A stretch of DNA of 34,625 nt from a bacterium (GTDB lineage: Bacteria > Myxococcota_A > Bradymonadia > Bradymonadales > Bradymonadaceae): NCBI GenBank assembly GCA_030427705.1, contig JAUIBR010000002.1:220631-255255 (forward strand), read 5' to 3'. Below the pieces are notes generated by a model. It was not told where the DNA came from and did no database searches. It saw only the letters and a program-made list of their open reading frames with translations. Positions 1 to 7,359 of the stretch are shown here, one piece after another (the stretch's first letter is position 1; every line of letters starts with the position of its first letter). Both the position numbers and the translations under genes were made by a program.

Positions 1-268
1 GCCAACGGTTCTTTACACCGGCGGTTCGCCAATACGGCACCAGCTCTAAGAGGGGCTGGTAATCGGAATGCGACGCCTCGCGCGGCGGACTCTTGTACTT
101 CGACATCTCAAGCTGGACAGACTGCGGGAGGTTCTCCCACTCCGGGTCATCTGCTCGAAGCCCCCAGACGGTATCCAGGCAATTCACTTTCTGGATATCG
201 GTCATTTTGGTGACGGCATGCCCTGCCAGCAATCGGCGAGCGGCGTCTCGGTCCAGTTCGAGGGACAT
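1..268 (-). CDS. Hypothetical protein, 5' portion. The ORF runs off the window start. The ATG is at complement 266-268. It is read manually because it has no stop in the window, which is why the ORF track does not list it.
   Basis: The minus-strand frame translates MSLELDRDAARRLLAGHAVTKMTDIQKVNCLDTVWGLRADDPEWENL... with balanced composition and GC-rich third positions. The overlapping + ORF 68..331 is Arg-rich and looks like antisense. I recognise no family. Confidence 0.4.
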   Translation of the reverse strand, partial: MSLELDRDAARRLLAGHAVTKMTDIQKVNCLDTVWGLRADDPEWENLPQSVQLEMSKYKSPPREASHSDYQPLLELVPYWRTAGVKNRW

Positions 269-417
269 GGATTAAACTCAGAGGTGTTCCGGTTGTTCAC
301 TGCCCATTGGATGACACAACATAGCTTTTGATTCTGCACGAATCGTCGCGAGATCTTCGAATGTGCAGTAATTGCGAAGAAACGGCATGTTTTTGCGCCA
401 ATGATAGGCGGCGCGCG

Positions 418-447
418 TGGACGTAAATGGAATGTTGGCTTATAAAT
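418..447 (+). promoter_or_regulatory. Putative sigma70-type promoter for the tRNA: -35-like TGGACG at 418-423, an 18-nt spacer, and -10 TATAAAT at 441-447. That puts the transcription start a few nt before the tRNA 5' end at 461.
   Basis: Seen directly in the sequence. The -10 element is an AT-rich hexamer in a GC-rich context 14 nt upstream of the mature tRNA 5' end. Confidence 0.3.
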
Positions 448-460
448 CGCGCCTCAATTC

Positions 461-534
461 GCCCTTGTAGCCCAATCGGTAGAGGCAGCGGACTTAAAAT
501 CCGTCCAGTGTGGGTTCGAATCCCACCAAGGGCA
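461..534 (+). tRNA. tRNA gene with a canonical cloverleaf, anticodon UAA (decodes UUA/UUG, Leu), a 5-nt variable loop and no encoded CCA. The identity is atypical and uncertain.
   Basis: Manual fold. Acceptor stem GCCCTTG/CAAGGGC (7 bp), discriminator A. D-stem GCCC/AGGC with one C.A mismatch and a 9-nt D-loop AATCGGTAG. Anticodon stem GCGGA/TCCGT, loop CTTAAAA with U33 and A37. Variable loop CCAGT. T-stem GTGGG/CCCAC with the canonical T-loop TTCGAAT. Confidence 0.75.
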
Positions 535-570
535 CTCGTTGAGCTCGCTGCGCTCGCGGCTAACGAGCTC

Positions 571-613
571 GGCTTTGCCTCGCGGCGACAAGATCGGCTT
601 TGCCTCGCGGCTT
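571..613. repeat. Two perfect 18-bp direct repeats TCGGCTTTGCCTCGCGGC (571-588 and 596-613) separated by 7 bp. They lie 37 bp downstream of the tRNA and 16 bp upstream of the yciH start.
   Basis: Exact duplication read in the sequence, period 25 bp. It is preceded by the short inverted repeat GAGCTCG...CGAGCTC (543-570). Confidence 0.8.
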
Positions 614-628
614 AGATCTGATGTGAAG

Positions 629-1027
629 ATGGCTAAGAAGAACAAGCGAAAGAAGTTGGGTGGGGATGAGGATGCTCAAGGTTTTGGGCATAACCCATTC
701 GCCGCTGCGCTTGGATTAGAGCCACCAGAACCAGAGGACACCCCTGTAACCACCGTACAATCAGATGGTTTTGATTGGTCGACCGTCTCGAAGGTCGTGC
801 TTCGTCGCGAACGCAAAGGTCGTGGCGGCAAGACGGTAACGTTGGTTCAAGGTCTCGAAGATGTCCCTGCTGATGCCCTCGACGACCTGGCTGCGACCAT
901 CAAGAAGTCCCTGAGTGTTGGGGTATCCGCAGAACCTGGACAATTGGTTGTGCAAGGAGACCAGCGATCACGACTTCAACCCGTGATTGAAGAACTGGGT
1001 GTGAACAAGGTCGTGCAGAGCGGTTAA
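629..1027 (+). CDS. yciH: Translation initiation factor SUI1/YciH family (eIF1-like).
   Basis: The C-terminal region RRERKGRGGKTVTLVQGL...VVQGDQRSRLQPVIEELG matches the SUI1 fold signature (RxxGRGGKxVTxIxGL ... iQGDhR). The ATG at 629 is chosen over the upstream in-frame ORF start at 539, because the upstream stretch consists of the direct repeats. Confidence 0.8.
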   Translation: MAKKNKRKKLGGDEDAQGFGHNPFAAALGLEPPEPEDTPVTTVQSDGFDWSTVSKVVLRRERKGRGGKTVTLVQGLEDVPADALDDLAATIKKSLSVGVSAEPGQLVVQGDQRSRLQPVIEELGVNKVVQSG

Positions 1028-1998
1028 GGCGCTGCGGCCTCTTTCCCGGTCGAGTACTTCTTCAAAAGCTCCCGCTTTTTCTTCGTCCCGCCCACGAATT
1101 TTCCGGGCATCGGTACGTACATCACCCAATCCTCTTCGATCCGCTCGAACTCGGCGATAGCCTCGTAGTTGGGGACTTTGCTCGCGATTGCGCGCGCGAC
1201 AGATCGAAAGCAACCTTCACGGTGGCTGATTCGTCGCTTGTCGACCTCATGTTTGCGAATCTTCGCTTTATTGAAGGCCTTGCGTTTCTTCGCCTTCGCC
1301 GAATACGCGACTCCCTTCTCTGCGAAGAACAGGCGTTTCAAACTGGGGTCACCGTAGCGACCACACAACCGAAACGTTTGCGCGTATGACCGAATGGGGG
1401 CCGCGGTGGACCGAGCTGAAATCACATCGATTCGGACCTTTGTCGCCGACAATCGAACCATCGCTTTGTCTGGCTTTGTGTTCTTGGCTGTGAACGTGAC
1501 CTCACCGGTTAGCTGATCCACAAAACCTCGGTGAACCTTGGAGTTCAGTCGCGTCAGCTCAAACGCGATTCGGTTTTCGTACGTAATCTTGTCTGTAGTG
1601 TAGCTCGCAAACGCCAGTTTTTGACGCTTCGCGGCCTCGAAAATCGCGGTGAGCGACTCCATTTCATCCAACGTCTTTGGTGGCTTCATCGCTTTGCCAA
1701 TCGTGAGTTTTACAACATCACCATCAAGATCAACCTGTACAATTCGGCCCGACAGATACCAAGTCCCGGGCCCTGATGTCGCCGTCTGCGTCCCTTTATG
1801 GTCGGTGAAGATTAGTCCAAATGTCGTTGGCAACGTCGGGAAGTAGCTCAGATGATAAAGCTCAACTTTGTCACTATTTGGCAGAGTTTTTACGTCGCCT
1901 TCTTTCGACAAACTAACTGTCGTTTGCGCCACGACTTCGGAAGCTCCAAACAGCATCACTAGCATCACGAAAATTTGCAGTCGTTCAACCCTAGCCAT
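1024..1998 (-). CDS. Secreted hypothetical protein (324 aa). It has an N-terminal signal peptide and a basic Lys/Arg-rich C-terminal third.
   Basis: MARVERLQIFVMLVMLFGASEVVAQ is a signal peptide with an AxA-like cleavage site. It is a long ORF with the codon bias of the neighbouring genes, and AAGGA lies 8 nt upstream of the ATG. It is convergent with yciH and overlaps it by 4 bp. Confidence 0.6.
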   Translation of the reverse strand: MARVERLQIFVMLVMLFGASEVVAQTTVSLSKEGDVKTLPNSDKVELYHLSYFPTLPTTFGLIFTDHKGTQTATSGPGTWYLSGRIVQVDLDGDVVKLTIGKAMKPPKTLDEMESLTAIFEAAKRQKLAFASYTTDKITYENRIAFELTRLNSKVHRGFVDQLTGEVTFTAKNTKPDKAMVRLSATKVRIDVISARSTAAPIRSYAQTFRLCGRYGDPSLKRLFFAEKGVAYSAKAKKRKAFNKAKIRKHEVDKRRISHREGCFRSVARAIASKVPNYEAIAEFERIEEDWVMYVPMPGKFVGGTKKKRELLKKYSTGKEAAAP

Positions 1999-2050
1999 CC
2001 CTACGGTCCTTCGCTAAGTTACGGGCGCTAAATGAGTTTACGAGGGAACG

Positions 2051-3616
2051 ATGGCTGAAGCGAACCTAATTGAGAATCTTCCTGAACCGGGAACGATTTC
2101 ACCTGCCACAGGTGAAGAACTGGCGCCCGTGGATTCGAACACAAAAGACGACGTCGCGGCGGCCATTAAAGCGGCCCGAGCTGCCCAGGTCAGCTGGGGA
2201 GCACTGTCGTTGGACGATAGAATCCGCGCGATCAAGAAGCTCGAAGCAGCCATGCTTGCGAGGCACAAGGAATCGTTGCCCATCATGGCTTCAGAAACTG
2301 GACGCAGCGAAACCGAATGCCTGATGAGCGAACTGTCCTTCCTTGGGCCATATTTTAAGGAAGCGATTCGTGTTTCTCGCGAGGCATTGCGACCTGAAAA
2401 GCTCCGAATCTCGCAGCTGGAGTATCCCGGCAAGCGTGGCGTAATCGAACAAGTCGCACGCGGAGTTATTGGAATCATCGCCCCCTGGAATTACCCGCTC
2501 GGAAACTTCATGAAGCACCTCTTGCCCGCACTACTCGCGGGGAACGGAGTGGTTCTGAAGCCCTCAGAACACACACCAAGAACAGGTGCATGGCTTCACG
2601 AACTTTGTGAGGAAGCACTTCCAAAAGGACTGGTTCAGTTGGTCCAAGGACGTGGCGATGTTGGTGCCTGGCTGCTTGAAGGCGGCGTCGACGGCATCGC
2701 ATTCACAGGGTCGGTTGCCACCGGGAAAAAGGTCGCAGGTCGCGCAGGCGAACTATTGGTCCCCTGCTCTGTTGAGCTCGGTGGCAAAGACGCTGCGATC
2801 GTTCTGGCCGACTGCGACCTGAATCGAACCGCATTGGGAATCGCACAGTGGGCAATCCACAACTGCGGTCAAAACTGCGCGGGGATCGAGCGGGTCTATG
2901 TCGAGGAAGCCATCGCTGACAAATTCGTCGAAAAGCTGGGCAAGATCGTCGACAAGCTACGCGTGTCACCCGACGACAACAGCGACCTTGGTCCGCTGCA
3001 AAATGCAGCGCAATTGAACATCGTGCACAACCATGTCGAAGCCGCAAAATCCGCCGGTGCGACCGTCGTCGCAGGTGGTGAGCCAACGGGCGAAGGGTAT
3101 GGTTATCGGCCGACCGTCTTGGACAATTGCTCCAACGAAATGACCGTCGTCAGCACCGAGACCTTCGGCCCCGTCATCGCGGTTGTACGCGTGAAAGATG
3201 CCGACGAAGGGATCAAGCTTGCCAACGATTCGCACTATGGGCTCAACGGGTCGATCTGGACAAAAGACATCGCGCGTGGCGAAGTCCTGGCGCGAAAGCT
3301 CGACGTCGGAATCGCGTTGGTGAACAACCACTCGTTCACAGGAACGATGCCGCAAGCGCCCTGGACCGGAGTCAAAGATACCGGCACCGGCATCGCGCTG
3401 AGTCGCCATGCCTATATCACCTACGCCAGACCACGCACCGTGATCGTCGACAAAGCGAGCGCCCCCGACCCATGGTGGTTCCCCGCCAATGATGACCTTC
3501 GCGCTTTAGGCGATGCGCTTATCGAACGGGCACAGGGATCTTTGGGAGCGACCTTCAAGCTTCTGGGCATTGTGGGCAGACGAACCAAGGCTGCCAAGGA
3601 ACTCGCCGACTCGTGA
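2051..3616 (+). CDS. NAD(P)-dependent aldehyde dehydrogenase family protein.
   Basis: ALDH glutamate motif VELGGKDAAIV, catalytic cysteine motif NCGQNCAGIERVYV, and Rossmann element GSVATGKKV. It is about 520 aa and carries a roughly 40-aa C-terminal tail beyond the usual ALDH length. Confidence 0.9.
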   Translation: MAEANLIENLPEPGTISPATGEELAPVDSNTKDDVAAAIKAARAAQVSWGALSLDDRIRAIKKLEAAMLARHKESLPIMASETGRSETECLMSELSFLGPYFKEAIRVSREALRPEKLRISQLEYPGKRGVIEQVARGVIGIIAPWNYPLGNFMKHLLPALLAGNGVVLKPSEHTPRTGAWLHELCEEALPKGLVQLVQGRGDVGAWLLEGGVDGIAFTGSVATGKKVAGRAGELLVPCSVELGGKDAAIVLADCDLNRTALGIAQWAIHNCGQNCAGIERVYVEEAIADKFVEKLGKIVDKLRVSPDDNSDLGPLQNAAQLNIVHNHVEAAKSAGATVVAGGEPTGEGYGYRPTVLDNCSNEMTVVSTETFGPVIAVVRVKDADEGIKLANDSHYGLNGSIWTKDIARGEVLARKLDVGIALVNNHSFTGTMPQAPWTGVKDTGTGIALSRHAYITYARPRTVIVDKASAPDPWWFPANDDLRALGDALIERAQGSLGATFKLLGIVGRRTKAAKELADS

Positions 3617-3660
3617 TTCGCGACTCGGGAACATCTTTGGCATCCTATACCGTTGAAGAT

Positions 3661-4467
3661 ATGAAGCCCGACTCGATTTCTATGCCCAAACTACTCTTCA
3701 TTATGGTGATTGCCCTCGCCGCGGCCTCAACGGCTTGTGAGGGCGAGGAATGTCGTGAGCAGCGTACGATCGAGAAGATCGAGGAACGCAATAAAGAGCG
3801 CGTCGACGACTGGATGGACACTGCAGAAGCCTACGATCGCCAACGTGAGCGGGTCGCTGAGCTGACCCAAGAGTTGCGACCCGACCGACTTAAACTGGAG
3901 CGTATGCGCGAGAGATCGCGCGACCAAATCCTGGACGAACTGCTCAAGAAGAAGCCTGACGTCAAGGTCATGCACGGCATGATCGACAAGACGAAGACCA
4001 AGATGATGCCCTATAACTACAAGGTCATCGACCAGGTCATGAAGGCGCATCCGGCCTTCACAACGGAACAGCGCTCGAAGATTCGAGACAAGATGGCTGA
4101 ACCGCCAGACCCATTCGAAATCTCGTTCATTGTGAAGACGGGGATCGACTACGTCCTGTACTCCATCGATGCGACTGATCCGCAAAAAACCTATATCTGG
4201 GGACAGATCAACGGCACGGTTACCGAGATCAATGGGTTGATTAAGAAACAGCACAAGGTGACCGTTGCCATCGGCGATGAATGGGCTAAGAAAGACGCCA
4301 AATATGACGTCATCAAAGCCCACGTCGATGATTCGGCCAACCGGTTTACCGGCTTCATCAAGTCGCTGACGACGAAGGCGGTTGATCTCACCGCCCAGCT
4401 CACACCGAAGCAACGTGAGTACACAAACGACCGGATTCGGCGTGGAAAGACCTGTCCGGCGAAGTGA
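3661..4467 (+). CDS. Periplasmic/lipoprotein LTXXQ-motif (CpxP/Spy/ZraP-like) protein with an N-terminal coiled coil. An alternative GTG start at 3613 overlaps the upstream stop.
   Basis: MKPDSISMPKLLFIMVIALAAASTAC is a signal peptide with a lipobox-like ASTAC. It is followed by a charged coiled-coil region and two LTXXQ-type motifs, FTTEQRSKI and QLTPKQREY. Confidence 0.55.
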   Translation: MKPDSISMPKLLFIMVIALAAASTACEGEECREQRTIEKIEERNKERVDDWMDTAEAYDRQRERVAELTQELRPDRLKLERMRERSRDQILDELLKKKPDVKVMHGMIDKTKTKMMPYNYKVIDQVMKAHPAFTTEQRSKIRDKMAEPPDPFEISFIVKTGIDYVLYSIDATDPQKTYIWGQINGTVTEINGLIKKQHKVTVAIGDEWAKKDAKYDVIKAHVDDSANRFTGFIKSLTTKAVDLTAQLTPKQREYTNDRIRRGKTCPAK

Positions 4468-4535
4468 ATCGCATCTGAACGCCTGACATTTCATCCAAAA
4501 ATTGCTAGAGAAAACTCGTCTTAACTGGGCAAGAA

Positions 4536-6137
4536 ATGAGCATTTCACGACGTAATTTTCTGAAGCAACTTGGCATCGCTTCATCTTCTCTTCCGCTATT
4601 GAGCCTCGGCTGTGCCGACGAGGTTGACCTAACTGAATCGGAAACGCGGGATCTAGAGTACGTCTACGATGGGCCAGTCGGTCCCGAGACCGCCTTCGAA
4701 CATGGCGTCGCATCTGGCGATCCGAACGGGTCGTCTGCGGTGTTGTGGACGCGCGTCACGACCGATTTTGAAGAGCCACAAAACGTTGAGGTCTTCTGGC
4801 AAGTCGCGCACGACGAGGCGTTTGAAGACGTTGCCGGCGCTGGATATTTTCAGACAGGAATCGACAGAGATTACACAGTCAAGATCATCCCCGCAGGTTT
4901 GCGCCCCGGCAATACCTACTACTACCGGTTCCAAGCTTTGGGTCGCACATCACCAATAGGTGTGACGCGGACTGTGCCACGTGGCTCGGCGGAACGTGTG
5001 CGAATTGGCGTCACAAGCTGCTCGAACCTGCGCCGCGGCTACTTCCACGCCTACCGTAACCTAGCGACGCGCGACGATCTCGATGCTGTGCTTCATCTTG
5101 GCGACTACTACTACGAAAGTGGCTCACGGGGCGAAGTACCGGGACGAGACCACGAGCCACCATGGGAAGTTGTGACGCTGGAAGATTATCGCGTCCGATT
5201 CTCGAACTATCGTCGTGACCCCGACCTCCAGGAGCTTCACCGAAAGGTGCCCTTCATCGTGGTTTGGGATGACCATGAATCCGCAAACGACTCGTTCTTC
5301 GGCGGGGCGCAAGCCCACAACGCCAACACCGAAGGTGATTGGTTTGAGCGCAAGGCAGCGTCAATCCGCGCCTACTTCGAGTGGATGCCTATCCGCGAGA
5401 TCGAGATTGGACGTTTGTGGAGGACCATCAAGTTTGGGGACCTGGTGCACCTCTCGATGTTGGACACACGGCTGTGGGGACGTGAACGGCCGCTTATCCA
5501 GGCACCTGGGCTCGAAGACGAACGACAGTTGCTTGGTGCCGACCAAGAGCAATGGCTCTTCCGCGAGCTCCAAAATTCGACCGCGAAGTGGCATGTCCTG
5601 GGCCAACAAGTCATGATGGCCCAGCTCAAAGCATCCGGCGCGCCAAACGAAGACGGTGGTGGCGGGTTCCTCAACGTCGACCAGTGGGATGGCTATCGCG
5701 GAGCACGGCGGCGACTCTACAACGTCGTCGCGTCGCAAGAGGACTTGAACCTGGTCGTGTTGACTGGCGATATCCACTCGTCTTGGGCGAACGAACTCTC
5801 TCAAGACCCCAATAACCGCGATGTCTACAATCCTTCGTCTGGTCGTGGCTCTCTGGGTGTTGAGTTTGTCACTCCCGGAGTGACCTCCTCTGGTTTGGAC
5901 GGTCTTCCCGAAGCCATTCAGGACATCGTCGTTGAGGAAAATCCACACATCAAATACTTCGACCTCGTCAAACGTGGTTACCTGGTGTTGGAGTTCAACG
6001 AAGACTACGTGCAGGCGGACTTCCACCATATCGATGACGTCACCACGACGGACCCGAGCGAAACCATCGGAGCGTCCTGGCGTGCGGCTGCAGGTACCAA
6101 CCACCTGGAACGCGTGGACAATCCACTCGACTCATGA
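4536..6137 (+). CDS. phoD: Alkaline phosphatase D (PhoD family phosphodiesterase/phosphatase), Tat-exported.
   Basis: Twin-arginine signal SRRNFLKQLG, then the PhoD-like metallophosphatase layout (GDPNGSSAVLWTRV..., DDHE, GDIHSSWANEL). Confidence 0.85.
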   Translation: MSISRRNFLKQLGIASSSLPLLSLGCADEVDLTESETRDLEYVYDGPVGPETAFEHGVASGDPNGSSAVLWTRVTTDFEEPQNVEVFWQVAHDEAFEDVAGAGYFQTGIDRDYTVKIIPAGLRPGNTYYYRFQALGRTSPIGVTRTVPRGSAERVRIGVTSCSNLRRGYFHAYRNLATRDDLDAVLHLGDYYYESGSRGEVPGRDHEPPWEVVTLEDYRVRFSNYRRDPDLQELHRKVPFIVVWDDHESANDSFFGGAQAHNANTEGDWFERKAASIRAYFEWMPIREIEIGRLWRTIKFGDLVHLSMLDTRLWGRERPLIQAPGLEDERQLLGADQEQWLFRELQNSTAKWHVLGQQVMMAQLKASGAPNEDGGGGFLNVDQWDGYRGARRRLYNVVASQEDLNLVVLTGDIHSSWANELSQDPNNRDVYNPSSGRGSLGVEFVTPGVTSSGLDGLPEAIQDIVVEENPHIKYFDLVKRGYLVLEFNEDYVQADFHHIDDVTTTDPSETIGASWRAAAGTNHLERVDNPLDS

Positions 6138-6367
6138 GCGAAACCGCAGTTTTCATAGCCGCACATGACCGTGCTTGCGAGGAGGAGGAACCGGGTTATA
6201 TCGATCCCAAGACTGGATATTGGGTGATGAGCTCGGTTTTCTTACTCGACCAAGGGTCGTGCTGTGGTTCGGGTTGCCGGCATTGTCCCTTTGATTCAAC
6301 TGAACAACAGCGCGCAGGTCGGCCAAACAAGCCGTGCTTCCCCTGGTTCCCAAGGGAGGCGTCGTGA
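6134..6367 (+). CDS. Small Cys-rich protein (77 aa) carrying a CCGSGCRHCP motif; DUF5522-like.
   Basis: GYWVMSSVFLLDQGSCCGSGCRHCPFD matches my recollection of the DUF5522 signature (CCxxGCxHCPY). Its ATG overlaps the phoD stop (ATGA), and its 3' end overlaps the dusA start region. Both point to translational coupling. Confidence 0.5.
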   Translation: MSETAVFIAAHDRACEEEEPGYIDPKTGYWVMSSVFLLDQGSCCGSGCRHCPFDSTEQQRAGRPNKPCFPWFPREAS

Positions 6368-7359
6368 GTTTTAAGTACCCAATCAGTGTCGCCCCGATGA
6401 TGGCGCGCACCGACCGTCATTTCCGCTACTTCCTGCGACTGCTCACCCGTCGAACCCTGCTATACAGCGAGATGGTGGTCTATCAGGCCATCGAACACGG
6501 CGATCGAGACTATTTGCTGGGTTATGACGAATCGGAACATCCGCTCGTCCTGCAGCTAGGTGGAGACGACCCTGAAGGGCTCGCAAGAGCCGCACGAATC
6601 GCCCAAGACTGGGGCTACGACGAGGTCAATCTTAACGTCGGGTGTCCCAGCGACCGCGTGCAATCCGGAAATTTCGGCGTGTGCCTTATGAAAGAGCCGG
6701 ACACGGTCGCGCGTTGCATCGAAGCCATGATGAAGGCCGTCGACATTCCGGTGACGGTGAAACATCGCATCGGCGTCGATGACTTGGACGCCTACGATGA
6801 CATGGCGAACTTCGTCGAGGTCGTCCGCCAGACTGGATGTGACCGGTTCACGGTGCACGCTCGGAAAGCGTGGCTGAAAGGATTGAGCCCCAAGGAAAAT
6901 CGAAACATCCCGCCACTGCGCTACGAAGACGTCTATCGATTGAAGACAGACTTCCCCGAGCTCATCGTCGAGATCAACGGCGGGGTAAAAACCCACGACG
7001 AGATTCGCGAGCACCTGAAACATGTTGATGCAGTGATGATTGGACGCGCTGCCTACGATGACCCGTTTCTCTTTGCAGAGATGGATTCGCGCTACTTCGA
7101 CGAGACCTCAGACCCATATACCGACCGGCATTCGGCGATCGAAGCAATGTATCCGTACATCGAGGCCCAACGTTCCAAAGACGTTAGACTCAGTCATATA
7201 ACCCGCCATCTTTTGGCATTGTTTAACGGCATGCCCGGGGCGCGCCGTTGGCGCCGGCATCTAAGCGAGAACGCCGTCAAAGAAGGCGCGGGCGTCGAGG
7301 TACTTCAACAGGCACTCGCCCTTGTTCCGCGCGAAGAAGCGACGGCAGCAGCTATTTAG
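6334..7359 (+). CDS. dusA: tRNA-dihydrouridine synthase A.
   Basis: The N-terminus ISVAPMMARTDRHFRYFLRLLTR is the DusA signature (VAPMxDxTDRHxRYF). A TIM-barrel FMN-binding region follows. An alternative GTG start near 6365 is possible. Confidence 0.85.
   Translation: MLPLVPKGGVVSFKYPISVAPMMARTDRHFRYFLRLLTRRTLLYSEMVVYQAIEHGDRDYLLGYDESEHPLVLQLGGDDPEGLARAARIAQDWGYDEVNLNVGCPSDRVQSGNFGVCLMKEPDTVARCIEAMMKAVDIPVTVKHRIGVDDLDAYDDMANFVEVVRQTGCDRFTVHARKAWLKGLSPKENRNIPPLRYEDVYRLKTDFPELIVEINGGVKTHDEIREHLKHVDAVMIGRAAYDDPFLFAEMDSRYFDETSDPYTDRHSAIEAMYPYIEAQRSKDVRLSHITRHLLALFNGMPGARRWRRHLSENAVKEGAGVEVLQQALALVPREEATAAAI

Noticed and set aside
68-331. 87-aa + ORF at the window start
   Set aside because: Its Arg-rich composition is typical of antisense translation in GC-rich DNA. 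The opposite strand carries a better partial ORF running off the window edge.
427-615. 62-aa + ORF spanning the tRNA gene and the direct repeats
   Set aside because: It overlaps a well-folded tRNA and the tandem repeat, and it has no coding signal. It is an artifact of ORF calling.
269-628. tRNA-adjacent genomic island or prophage integration
   Set aside because: No integrase, excisionase or phage genes lie on either side within the window. The flanks are housekeeping genes (yciH, aldehyde dehydrogenase). Only the 18-bp duplication is retained, as a finding.
3727-4713. 328-aa minus-strand ORF antisense to the LTXXQ lipoprotein gene
   Set aside because: It is Arg-rich and low-complexity, has no domain, and would span the intergenic gap into phoD. 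The + strand gene has a signal peptide and motifs.
5361-6104. 247-aa minus-strand ORF inside phoD
   Set aside because: It is antisense to a clearly recognisable PhoD gene and has the typical high-GC shadow-ORF composition.
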